Positions 8,381-17,785 of a DNA stretch of 64,000 nucleotides are shown piece after piece; the stretch's first letter is position 1, and each line of letters opens with the position of its first letter. The notes under the pieces are model-generated. The model made no database searches, had not been told where the DNA came from, and saw nothing but the letters and a program-made list of their open reading frames with translations. This DNA is from Candidatus Cloacimonadales bacterium. GTDB lineage: Bacteria; Cloacimonadota; Cloacimonadia; Cloacimonadales; JAFGVF01. The stretch covers positions 928,001 through 992,000 of the forward strand of contig CAXXJV010000001.1 in the NCBI GenBank assembly GCA_963663475.2. The letters run 5' to 3'. A program made the position numbers and the translations under genes.

Positions 8381-11300
8381 TTATTTTCTTTTCAAGCTCA
8401 TATAAAGAACTTTTCCATTGATATCATACTCTTCCATATTCTCATTACTGTCTTTTCTTAGGAAGTTATCAGTAAGAGTATCGGAGGCAATGAAGTCAGC
8501 AAAGCTAGTAAAGACATCTGCTAATTCATCGTCAGCATAATAGAAGACATCAATTCTATCCATTATATCAAAGTTATTTTCTTTACGAGTAAATTGAATC
8601 TTATTATTGATTTCACGAGCGTAACCTTCTCTGATTAAGTCAGGAGTCAATTTAGTATCTAAAGCAAGCCAGAGTTCTTTATGAGATTCAAAGGTATAAC
8701 CTTCTCTTTGTTGAATAGAGATAGCTACATCTTCTTCACTAATGGTGAAGGTTTGGTCATTGACAACTAAATCATAAGTTTTACCTTGGTTGAAAGCTGC
8801 TATGATTTCAGAAGCATCTTCTTTTTGTAGGGCATTAGCAATCACTTTCATACTTTTACCAAATTTAGGTCCCATAATTTTGAAGTTTGGTTTCATATCA
8901 TAATGAACAAAATCATCATCACGAGAGATATATTTGATATCTTTTATATTAATCTCTTCAACTAAAAGGTCTGTCATTCTTTCAACAACATTTTTAGTAG
9001 AAGCAGGTACAAATATAGTTTGCAGTGTCTGTCTAACTTTTATTTGGCAGGTATTACGAGCAGAGCGTCCTAGTCCAACTAAAGTGATAATAGTCTGCAT
9101 TTCTTCTTCTAGTTTTTCATCGATAACGCTTTCATTAGCTAGTGGGTAATTTTCTAAATGAACAGATTCTTTACCAGTGAGGTTAGTATAGATATCTTCA
9201 GCCATGTAAGGTGCGAATGGAGCTATTAGCTTAGCAATTGTTTCTAGAACAAAGTTAAGGGTCGCATAGGCATCTTTTTTATCTTCAGTAAGCTCAAAAG
9301 ACCAGAATCTACGTCTAGAGCGTCTCACATACCAGTTTGATACTTCATCAAGTACAAAGTCTTGAATAGCTCTTACACTTTTGGTAAAGTCATAGTTATT
9401 GTTATATTCTGTTACATCTTTAATCAGAGTATTTGTTCTAGAGATTATCCATCTATCGATTTCAGCACTTTTATTTTGATCAAATTCTTGGCTATTGGCT
9501 TGGAAGTTATCAATATTAGCATAAGTAGTATAGAAGGAGTAAACATTCTTGAGAGTTCCCATGAACTTACCTAGGATTTCAGCAACTCCTTTTTCATTGA
9601 ATTTAGTAGGTACCCAAGGAGGGCTTACATAAAGTAAATACCAGCGGATAACATCTGCACCGTATTTATTCATTAATTCAAAAGGATCTGCTGTATTTCC
9701 TTTAGATTTACTCATTTTAATACCTTTAGCATCAAGGATGAGGTCATTAACTAAAACATTTTTATAAGGGGCTTTCCCTTTTAATATAGTAGAAATAGCA
9801 AGAAGTGAGTAGAACCAACCCCGTGTTTGGTCTATACCTTCTGAGATAAAATCAGCTGGGAATAACTCTCCATCAAACTTATCTTTATTCTCAAAAGGAT
9901 AGTGCCATTGGGCAAAAGGCATAGCTCCAGAATCAAACCAGCAATCAATGACTTCAGGAGTTCTTTTCATATCATGTCCACATGAACATTTTAAATGAAC
10001 ATCATCTACATAAGGACGGTGGAGTTCTATATCTTCAGGAACTTTTGAACCATCTTGATAATATCCTCTTTCTCTAAGTTCTGCAATTGAACCTACAGAA
10101 TCTAATTTTCCACATTCATCACATACCCAGACATTTAGAGGTGTTCCCCAGAATCTATCACGGGATAGAGCCCAATCTATATTATTCTTTAGCCATTCGC
10201 CGAATCTCTTTTCACCCACAAATGTAGGATACCAATTTACGGTATCATTGTTTTTCATTAGTTCATCTCTAAATTGAGAAGTTCGAATAAACCATGATTC
10301 TCTACCGTAATAGATAAGAGGTGAAGAACAGCGCCAGCAATGTGGGTAAGAATGTTTGATTTGTTCTCTTCTATAAAGAACTTGTCTTTCCTTCATATCT
10401 TTAATGATAGCCTTGTCAGCTTCTTTAACAAAAATACCTTTCCAAGGACTAACACTATCAATGAACTTACCTTCACCATCAACTAGATTTATGAAAGGTA
10501 ATTTATATTTCATTCCTATGTTATAGTCATCAGCACCAAAAGCGGGAGCAGTATGGACTACACCCGTACCATCATCCATAGTAACATAGTCTGCTAAGCC
10601 TATGAACCAGCCATCTTCTTCAACATCCATGAAGTCATAAAGACGTTGATATCTTTTATGCTCAAGCTGACTTCCTAAGTATTCTTCAATTATTTCATAT
10701 TCTTCTGCAATTACAGATAGTCTTGCCTTAGCTAAGATAAGAAAATCATCAGAATCTGCTATTTTAATCTTAACATACTTTTCTTCTGGATTTACCACCA
10801 AAGCAACGTTTGATAGAAGGGTCCAAGGAGTGGTTGTCCATGCTAAGAAGTAAGTATTTTCCATATCCTGAGCTTTGAATTTAACAAAAACAGAAGGATC
10901 ATTTACGTCTTTATAACCTTGAGCAACTTCGTGAGATGAGAGAGGGGTACCGCATTTTGGGCAATAAGGAACAATCTTATGACCTTTATAGAGTAAATCC
11001 CTCTTAAAGAAATCATTCAATATCCACCATACAGTCTCAATATAATTATTGTCTAAGGTGATATAAGGATTATCTAAATCAACCCAGTATCCCATCTGCT
11101 CTGTCATCTTACGCCATAAACCTTCGTATGTGAATACTGATTCACGACATTTCTTATTAAATGGTTCAATACCATATTTTTCTATCTCTGGTTTACCATC
11201 TAAACCTAATGTTTTTTCAACTTCAATTTCAACTGGCAGACCATGAGTGTCCCAGCCAGCTTTACGTTTTACTTGATAACCCTGCATGGTTTTATAACGG

Positions 11301-11506
11301 CAAACAGAATCTTTCAGGGTTCTGGCCATAACATGATGTATTCCAGGTTTTCCATTAGCGGTAGGAGGTCCTTCAAAGAAGACAAATTGTTCAGCTCCTT
11401 CTCGCTTATCTATGCTTTTATTATGTGTATTTTTTTCTTGCCAATATTCCCTAACTCTCTCTTCTAAAAGAGCAGGTGATTCCTTTAAATCAATACTTTT
11501 ATACAT
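8381..11506 (-). CDS. ileS: Isoleucine--tRNA ligase, type 2 (IleRS2)
   Basis: 1041 aa; GPPTANGKPGIHH, GWDTHGLP, WTTTPWTL, EGIDQTRGWFY, KMSKS; type 2 C-terminus. Confidence 0.97.
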   Translation of the reverse strand: MYKSIDLKESPALLEERVREYWQEKNTHNKSIDKREGAEQFVFFEGPPTANGKPGIHHVMARTLKDSVCRYKTMQGYQVKRKAGWDTHGLPVEIEVEKTLGLDGKPEIEKYGIEPFNKKCRESVFTYEGLWRKMTEQMGYWVDLDNPYITLDNNYIETVWWILNDFFKRDLLYKGHKIVPYCPKCGTPLSSHEVAQGYKDVNDPSVFVKFKAQDMENTYFLAWTTTPWTLLSNVALVVNPEEKYVKIKIADSDDFLILAKARLSVIAEEYEIIEEYLGSQLEHKRYQRLYDFMDVEEDGWFIGLADYVTMDDGTGVVHTAPAFGADDYNIGMKYKLPFINLVDGEGKFIDSVSPWKGIFVKEADKAIIKDMKERQVLYRREQIKHSYPHCWRCSSPLIYYGRESWFIRTSQFRDELMKNNDTVNWYPTFVGEKRFGEWLKNNIDWALSRDRFWGTPLNVWVCDECGKLDSVGSIAELRERGYYQDGSKVPEDIELHRPYVDDVHLKCSCGHDMKRTPEVIDCWFDSGAMPFAQWHYPFENKDKFDGELFPADFISEGIDQTRGWFYSLLAISTILKGKAPYKNVLVNDLILDAKGIKMSKSKGNTADPFELMNKYGADVIRWYLLYVSPPWVPTKFNEKGVAEILGKFMGTLKNVYSFYTTYANIDNFQANSQEFDQNKSAEIDRWIISRTNTLIKDVTEYNNNYDFTKSVRAIQDFVLDEVSNWYVRRSRRRFWSFELTEDKKDAYATLNFVLETIAKLIAPFAPYMAEDIYTNLTGKESVHLENYPLANESVIDEKLEEEMQTIITLVGLGRSARNTCQIKVRQTLQTIFVPASTKNVVERMTDLLVEEINIKDIKYISRDDDFVHYDMKPNFKIMGPKFGKSMKVIANALQKEDASEIIAAFNQGKTYDLVVNDQTFTISEEDVAISIQQREGYTFESHKELWLALDTKLTPDLIREGYAREINNKIQFTRKENNFDIMDRIDVFYYADDELADVFTSFADFIASDTLTDNFLRKDSNENMEEYDINGKVLYMSLKRK

Positions 11507-11546
11507 TTGTAATCCTTTTATCTAAATGACTTAATAATAACTTAGC

Positions 11547-11813
11547 TTACTCTTCTTCAGAAGCTTCCTTTTCATCTTCTTCTTCAAAGAATTCACTGTA
11601 ATGCTCTTTTAAATCTTCGTTTTCCAGAACATATTTTTTCCACTCTTCTGTCGCTTTCTCACCATCTACACACTTATGGCAAAGTACTACCATATTTTGT
11701 TGGTTGACACCAATATAACCCCTATCATAACACACTTTGCAGGACTTCTTCTTGCGTGCTGATAGGACTATCTCCTTGGCTTTCTCTAAATGTTTGTCAT
11801 CTAATATATACAT
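11547..11813 (-). CDS. Small hypothetical protein with two CxxC pairs
   Basis: 88 aa, CKVC and CHKC, acidic tail; GAGG SD; co-oriented upstream of ileS. Confidence 0.75.
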   Translation of the reverse strand: MYILDDKHLEKAKEIVLSARKKKSCKVCYDRGYIGVNQQNMVVLCHKCVDGEKATEEWKKYVLENEDLKEHYSEFFEEEDEKEASEEE

Positions 11814-12016
11814 CTTGATTTCCTCTTTTGAGTGTAAAATTATATTTTATATGCAAATTATTTTATATGTCAATTTTAGGCAATATTTTTTTTAGCTAAG
11901 TCATTATATGAGTTAAACTCAAATAGACCAGTAGATCTTTGTGAATAAAAACTTCCCATTTTATAGTTAAGTTCTATTTAGAAAAAAATCTAAGTAATGT
12001 CTCAAATTTACTTATC

Positions 12017-12095
12017 CATCATTTATCCTTCCTTTACAGTCTTTCGATGAAACTGGGACTTTCATCGAAAGACTGTAAAGGAAGGATAAATGATG
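12017..12095. repeat. Perfect 36-bp inverted repeat with 7-nt loop
   Basis: CATCATTTATCCTTCCTTTACAGTCTTTCGATGAAA / CTGGGAC / exact reverse complement. Confidence 0.95.
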
Positions 12096-12103
12096 ACAAG
12101 AGA

Positions 12104-12324
12104 AAACAACCAGCCAGATTAAACCCAAATAATACAGTAGACCTTTGCGAATGGCACTATCTTCTTTTGCAAAAGTAAGCTACATAATTTTCAGGAATAT
12201 ATATATTATATGCCTTCAAATTCTGTAACTTATTTTGCTAAAAGAATCTAGCACCATTCGCAAAGTTTTACTGCACCATTCGGTTAAACTGCTAAAAGTG
12301 TACCATTTTAAATTGCCATCTACA
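12104..12324 (-). mobile_element. Orphan IS21-type terminal repeat interrupted by the MITE
   Basis: Minus strand TGTAGATGGCAATTTAAAATGGTACACTTTTAGCAGTTTAA|TCTGG matches the IS21 end at 61838. Confidence 0.75.
12123..12284. mobile_element. ~162-bp MITE copy with TAA target duplication
   Basis: TIR cores CAGTAGACCTTTGCGAATGGCACTA vs TAGCACCATTCGCAAAGTTTTACTG; TAA on both sides. Confidence 0.8.
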
Positions 12325-12664
12325 TTCTCTTAATTCGGGTGAAGACATTTGCATTATCTCTTTGTCTCTCAGTTGTCCATTGTATCTTCTTCCTAGGCAT
12401 ATAAAATATTCTCCAAATATTTATTATGATGAGAAGGATGGAGCTTGAAGAGTGAAGTTATAGACATAGGGTTCTGGAATGAATAAACTTTGAAATCAAA
12501 AGCTCATGATTTTTCTTTTACAGAATACAATTGCTAAATTATTCATGAGATAAACTCAGCAATACTCAATTTCTTGGTCTTAAAGAAGACAATATTATTA
12601 TTTATTTGTTTTCAAAAACATTACCAAAAACCTTTATGATATTTATAAAAAAGCATAATAGTTC

Positions 12665-12692
12665 TTGACAAGAAAAAACAAAATTGTATTTT
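12665..12692 (+). promoter_or_regulatory. Sigma70-type promoter for the 12763 operon
   Basis: TTGACA-16 nt-TATTTT. Confidence 0.5.
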
Positions 12693-12762
12693 CAACATCA
12701 TATGAAAAAATAATACAAGACATTTCTCTAGTATTTTCGAATACGAAAAAAAGGGAGATCTT

Positions 12763-13608
12763 ATGAAAAAGATGATTATTATGTTAATTGTTGTTACAGT
12801 CGCTTTAATTATATGCATGTCATGTGATAATCAATCTGCAATTTCTAAAATTCAGATAACACCAACTAGCAATTCGAAACTGTCGGTTGGCCAACAGCAT
12901 AACCAATGTTTAGATGAGATATATAATTCTCTAATAAGCGATTATTCAGACGGAATTTTATCGACTAATCTTCAAAATATAAACCAAACTTCTTGTTTGT
13001 ATATTTACGAGGAACTAAACTCTTCAAATTATGTAAATTCTGTTTCTGAGTTCAACTCCTATGTTTATAACCTGGATATTTACTTTCCACTTACAAACAT
13101 GGATGATGATTCTACTTATACAAGTATACAGACTTTCTTGGATATCAATAGTTCATTGTTAAACAGACGTGAGTATGGATTAATCGTTTCCCTACTTGAA
13201 GATGCCCAAGCTTGCATAAGTGATAAAGAGTCAATAACATTATTTGATACTAAATACAATGAAGCAATTAATAAGGGATACAATGTAACTTACCCATTTT
13301 ATTTCAATAATCTTGATATTGCTCACTCATCTATGTTATATTGGAAAACAAATTCATCTAAATGGGATCTTTTAATAGATGATATCTACACTGGAGTTGT
13401 TAATCCGTACGATTATAATAATTTACGAAACATGTGGATGAATGATTTGAGAGGTGCAATTATTGGAGGTCTTACAGGAACCGCAATCGCAGGACCTACT
13501 GGGACTGCGATTGGTATCATTGTAGGAGCGGTTGCTGGCTCCAGTAACTGGAAAGTACAATTTGCCGTAGATGCGGCGGCTGCTGCATATGGATTGATAG
13601 AAGATTAA
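12763..13608 (+). CDS. Hypothetical lipoprotein with C-terminal glycine zipper
   Basis: Signal peptide with lipobox-like CMSC; GAIIGGLTGTAIAGPTGTAIGIIVGAVAG. Confidence 0.8.
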   Translation: MKKMIIMLIVVTVALIICMSCDNQSAISKIQITPTSNSKLSVGQQHNQCLDEIYNSLISDYSDGILSTNLQNINQTSCLYIYEELNSSNYVNSVSEFNSYVYNLDIYFPLTNMDDDSTYTSIQTFLDINSSLLNRREYGLIVSLLEDAQACISDKESITLFDTKYNEAINKGYNVTYPFYFNNLDIAHSSMLYWKTNSSKWDLLIDDIYTGVVNPYDYNNLRNMWMNDLRGAIIGGLTGTAIAGPTGTAIGIIVGAVAGSSNWKVQFAVDAAAAAYGLIED

Positions 13609-13611
13609 GTT

Positions 13612-13857
13612 ATGTGGTACAGAATATTAATTATTCCGATTGCCTTTATAGTAGTTTCACTAATCAACTATAGATTATATACTAATAATAAAGCATCTAT
13701 CAAAGAAATTGTATTAACTTCAGCTAGTTCACTCACAGTTTTAACAATATTTCTACTAAAAGGAAGTCCTGAAAATAAACTGGGAGCTAGTATAGGAGCT
13801 TTTTTAGCTGTTATAATTATTACTATAACGATAGTTAAAATAAAAAGAATTAGTTAG
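13612..13857 (+). CDS. Small three-TM membrane protein
   Basis: 81 aa, three hydrophobic segments, 3 nt after the upstream stop. Confidence 0.7.
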   Translation: MWYRILIIPIAFIVVSLINYRLYTNNKASIKEIVLTSASSLTVLTIFLLKGSPENKLGASIGAFLAVIIITITIVKIKRIS

Positions 13858-13920
13858 ATTGAGATATCCTGCATCTAACTGACTTTGAAACTTTAAATCT
13901 ATGCTTTCTTTCAATATGCC

Positions 13921-13964
13921 CAACTGGATACTTTGCACTAGCTAACAAAGTATCTAGTTGTTTT
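13921..13964 (+). terminator. Probable terminator hairpin
   Basis: CAACTGGATACTTTG/CAAAGTATCTAGTTG stem then TTTT. Confidence 0.6.
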
Positions 13965-14192
13965 GAAAGACTAAGTGAGATGAGATTAAAGAAAAAAAAG
14001 CATACTCCACTTAAACCCTTGGTCAGCCTATGATTTAAGAAATTTCATGTGTGGATGTTAAAGGTAAATTTAGTAAATCCATAAAAAAATAAGAAAAATA
14101 TTGACACATAAGCAGTGGGCATTTTTTATGTTAACTACGAAATTGTAAGAGGCAATAGATAAATAATTAATGATAATAAATAGGAGTGAAAG

Positions 14193-14399
14193 ATGAAACA
14201 AGGAATCCATCCTAACTATAAAAAAGTTAAAGTTACTTGTATGTGTGGAAACACTTTTGAAACAAAATCTACTTCTGGAGATATCAATGTTTCAATCTGT
14301 AATGAATGTCACCCATTCTTTACTGGAAAAGAAAAATTACTTGATACTGCAGGCCGTGTAGAGAAGTTTAAACAAAAATATAGCAAAGACAAAAAGTAG
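14193..14399 (+). CDS. rpmE: 50S ribosomal protein L31 (Zn-binding form)
   Basis: [23 protein letters not shown]. Confidence 0.97.
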   Translation: MKQGIHPNYKKVKVTCMCGNTFETKSTSGDINVSICNECHPFFTGKEKLLDTAGRVEKFKQKYSKDKK

Positions 14400-14415
14400 A
14401 ATAATTACAATTTTG

Positions 14416-14450
14416 CACCACAGTAGCACTATGCCTGTGGTGTTTTTTTT
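14416..14450 (+). terminator. Intrinsic terminator after rpmE
   Basis: CACCACAG...CTGTGGTG stem plus T8. Confidence 0.8.
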
Positions 14451-14472
14451 ATAATATCAAAAGGATAAAAAA

Positions 14473-15420
14473 ATGGGTAAAGTGAAAGAGATAGCCATTG
14501 GTGGTCAAGCGGTCATAGAAGGCGTTATGATGCGTGGTCCTCAACATATAGCAACCTGTGTAAGAAGAAAAGATGGTTCTTTAGAATTAAAAAAAGAAAG
14601 ATTTGAAAGTGTTACTAAGAAGGTTAAATTTCTTGGTTTACCTTTAGTTAGAGGCTTTGCTTCTCTAATTGAAATGATGATTATTGGGATTAAAACACTA
14701 ACTTTTTCTGCTTCCCGTTATGAGTTAGATTATGTAGATGAAAAGGAAGCTGCCAAGTCAGATATCCGTAAGAAGAGTGAAGAGTTTTTTTCATATCTCT
14801 TTGCTTTTGGTTTTGCTATATTATTCTTTGGAGTTATACCTTATTTCTTAAGTCAGAAGATGGAGAACAATGCTCTTTTTAATCTTCTAGCAGGATCAAT
14901 TAGGATATTCTTCTTTATTGCCTATGTGTGGGGTATTAGCAAATTAAAAGACGTTAGAAGAGTCTTTCAATATCATGGAGCAGAGCATAAAAGTGTACAT
15001 GCTTGGGAAAAACAAGCTGACTTAGATCCTGCAAGTGTTCAGCAGTTTACTACACTTCACCCTCGTTGTGGAACTTCTTTTATTTTCCTAGTAATGCTGA
15101 TAGCGATTCTATTATTTTCAATAGTAGATACAATAGTTCAGATCTATTGGATTGCAGATATTGCATGGTGGCAGAGACTTTTAATCCACTTCCCACTAAT
15201 ACCTTTTGTATCTGGGATTTCTTATGAAGTGCTAAAGTTTTCTGGAAAGAATATTAATAACCCACTGGTTAAATTATTTACTTTCCCTGGATTAGCTCTT
15301 CAAAGAATCACAACCCAGCCCCCAACAGATGAGATGATTGAATGTGCGGTAGTAGCAATGAAATCTGCACTAGATATTGATGTGAATAATTATGAAAATT
15401 TAACAGTTTTAGATAAGTAA
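14473..15420 (+). CDS. DUF1385 family membrane protein
   Basis: IGGQAVIEGVMMR, FQYHGAEHK, HPRCGTSF; usual rpmE-DUF1385-prfA context. Confidence 0.92.
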   Translation: MGKVKEIAIGGQAVIEGVMMRGPQHIATCVRRKDGSLELKKERFESVTKKVKFLGLPLVRGFASLIEMMIIGIKTLTFSASRYELDYVDEKEAAKSDIRKKSEEFFSYLFAFGFAILFFGVIPYFLSQKMENNALFNLLAGSIRIFFFIAYVWGISKLKDVRRVFQYHGAEHKSVHAWEKQADLDPASVQQFTTLHPRCGTSFIFLVMLIAILLFSIVDTIVQIYWIADIAWWQRLLIHFPLIPFVSGISYEVLKFSGKNINNPLVKLFTFPGLALQRITTQPPTDEMIECAVVAMKSALDIDVNNYENLTVLDK

Positions 15421-15434
15421 TTTAGGAGTAGATC

Positions 15435-16502
15435 ATGATACCCCAAGATAAATTAGATTCATTAGTAGAAGAACATACTAAGTTAAGAGAACAAGTGTAT
15501 GATCAGAAATTAATGTCAGATAGAAGAGTTTATGGAAAAATATCAAAAAGATTTAAAGAATTAGAGGATATTTTGACAACTCATAAACAGTATTTAGAAA
15601 TTGAGCAAAATATTAAAGACTCAAAAGATTTACTAGTTCATGAAAAAGATAAAGATATGCAAGAATTAGCTAAAATGGATATTGAGGAATCAGAAGAAAA
15701 GTTAGCTGAGTTAGCTGAGTCTCTTAAAGAAATGCTAGCTCCCAAAGATCCTAATGATGACAAAGATGCTATTGTTGAAATACGAGCTGGAACAGGTGGG
15801 GAAGAAGCTGCTTTGTTTGCTGCAGATCTCTTTAGAATGTACAGCTATTTTGTAACTAACCAAGGCTGGAAAATGGAGGTTCTTTCCTCAAATATGACAG
15901 ATAAAGGTGGTTACCGAGAAGTTACCTTCATGTTAAGAGGAGATAACGTCTATGGAACTATGAGATTTGAATCTGGTGTTCATCGCGTTCAAAGAGTTCC
16001 AGAAACAGAAGCAAGTGGAAGAATACACACTTCTGCTATAACTGTTGCAGTTCTTCCTGAAGCTGACGATGTAGATGTAGAGATTAATCAAAACGACTTA
16101 AAGATTGATGTTTATCGTTCTTCAGGTAATGGTGGTCAGAGTGTTAATACAACAGATTCTGCTGTTCGTATCACTCACCTTCCTACAGGTTTGGTAATAA
16201 CATGCCAGGATGAAAAGTCGCAAATTAAAAATAAAGATAAGGCTATGAAGGTTCTTAGATCAAGACTTCTTGATTTGGAGATTGCTAAGCAGGAAGCTGA
16301 AATATCGGCCACTAGAAAGTCTCAAGTAGGTACTGGAGATAGAAGTGCGAAGATTAGAACCTATAACTTTCCTCAATCAAGAGTTACAGATCACAGAATT
16401 AATTTGACATCTTATAAGTTCGACCAAATTATGGCAGGAGATATAAACGAGTTCATTGAAGCATTGAAAATTGCTTATAAAAATGAACAAATTAATAACT
16501 AA
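15435..16502 (+). CDS. prfA: Peptide chain release factor 1
   Basis: GGQ motif, VQRVPET (PxT), [11 protein letters not shown]. Confidence 0.97.
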   Translation: MIPQDKLDSLVEEHTKLREQVYDQKLMSDRRVYGKISKRFKELEDILTTHKQYLEIEQNIKDSKDLLVHEKDKDMQELAKMDIEESEEKLAELAESLKEMLAPKDPNDDKDAIVEIRAGTGGEEAALFAADLFRMYSYFVTNQGWKMEVLSSNMTDKGGYREVTFMLRGDNVYGTMRFESGVHRVQRVPETEASGRIHTSAITVAVLPEADDVDVEINQNDLKIDVYRSSGNGGQSVNTTDSAVRITHLPTGLVITCQDEKSQIKNKDKAMKVLRSRLLDLEIAKQEAEISATRKSQVGTGDRSAKIRTYNFPQSRVTDHRINLTSYKFDQIMAGDINEFIEALKIAYKNEQINN

Positions 16503-16530
16503 TAACTAATAATAATTAAGAAGTAGGAAA

Positions 16531-17772
16531 ATGTTACTAAATATTGTAGTACTTATCGTATTGTTTCTGCTCTCATTTTTATTCTCAGGATTAGAGACAG
16601 GTATTGTCTCTTTAGATATGCTACGCCTAGAAAAGGATGCAAGATTTGACAAGGGTAAAAAAGAACTTCTCAACTTCGCTAGCAAGCCAGATAAGTTCTT
16701 TGGCACGATTCTAATCGGTAACAATATTGTTAATATCCTTCTAGCTGCTGTAGCCACAGTTATTGCCCATAATAGCGGAGCCTTTAAACAAGAATATGTG
16801 TCATTACTAATTGGTGTTATGGTCTTTCTTGTGGGTGAAATAGTTCCTAAAATAGTCTTTAGAGATTATTCAAATTCAATAGTTCCAAGAACTTTTACCT
16901 TCCTAAAAGTATCTTACTTTCTGCTAAGACCTTTTGTAGCTGTAGTAACTTGGCTCAACGATTGGTTATATAAGAGATTCAACATAAGTGGACCTCACTC
17001 TCTAGCTTATTTAACTAAGGATGACTTAGCCCTCTTTTTGGCAAATACTAAAGAAGATAAGAATATTACTCATCCCCAGAAAGAAATGCTGGAGGAAATG
17101 CTTGAGTTTAATACCTTAACTGCTGAAGATATAATGGTACCACGAAGAGATATTATTGGTTTTGAAGAAAATACTTCTTTAAGCGAAATTCTTGATGTAG
17201 TCCGAGAGGAAGGTTTTACTCGCTACCCTGTCTATTGTGAAACAATCGATAATATCACTGGTATTCTCATTATTTATGATATTCTTAAAAAAGATTTAAG
17301 TCCTGATGCTAAAGCTAAAGACCTTATTCGAGAACCTTATTTCTCTCCAGAGAATATTAGTCTAAACTTCCTAATGCAAGAAATGCAAAAACAAAAAAAA
17401 TCCATGACTATTGTGGTAGATTCCTATGGTGGTACTTCTGGAATAGTCACTTTTGAAGATATTATGGAAGAGATTGTGGGAGATATTGAAGATGAATATG
17501 ACCATGAAGATGATACTTCCGATGTTGTTAAAATAAGTGAAGATACCTACATCATTAATGGAGACTATGAGGTTGATGACTTAAATGATGAGTATGATTT
17601 GGATCTTCCTGAAGGTAACTACAAAACCCTAGCTGGGCTAATCATCGATACAATTGAAAGAATCCCAAAATTAGGTCAATATGTTAATATCGAAGGATTT
17701 AGAATTCAAGTTATTCAAGCAACTGAAAGAAAAATTGAAAAAGTAAAATTAAAAAAATTAAATAAAAAATAA
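16531..17772 (+). CDS. CNNM/hemolysin-family CBS-CorC domain membrane protein
   Basis: FSGLE, ILIGNN, GEIVPK, VVDSYGG...EEIVGDIEDEYD, CorC tail. Confidence 0.92.
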   Translation: MLLNIVVLIVLFLLSFLFSGLETGIVSLDMLRLEKDARFDKGKKELLNFASKPDKFFGTILIGNNIVNILLAAVATVIAHNSGAFKQEYVSLLIGVMVFLVGEIVPKIVFRDYSNSIVPRTFTFLKVSYFLLRPFVAVVTWLNDWLYKRFNISGPHSLAYLTKDDLALFLANTKEDKNITHPQKEMLEEMLEFNTLTAEDIMVPRRDIIGFEENTSLSEILDVVREEGFTRYPVYCETIDNITGILIIYDILKKDLSPDAKAKDLIREPYFSPENISLNFLMQEMQKQKKSMTIVVDSYGGTSGIVTFEDIMEEIVGDIEDEYDHEDDTSDVVKISEDTYIINGDYEVDDLNDEYDLDLPEGNYKTLAGLIIDTIERIPKLGQYVNIEGFRIQVIQATERKIEKVKLKKLNKK

Positions 17773-17785
17773 TTCGGAGGAATTT

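Noticed and set aside
11814..12000. T-box riboswitch upstream of ileS
   Set aside because: No T-box consensus (GGTGGNACCGCG) seen on the minus strand.
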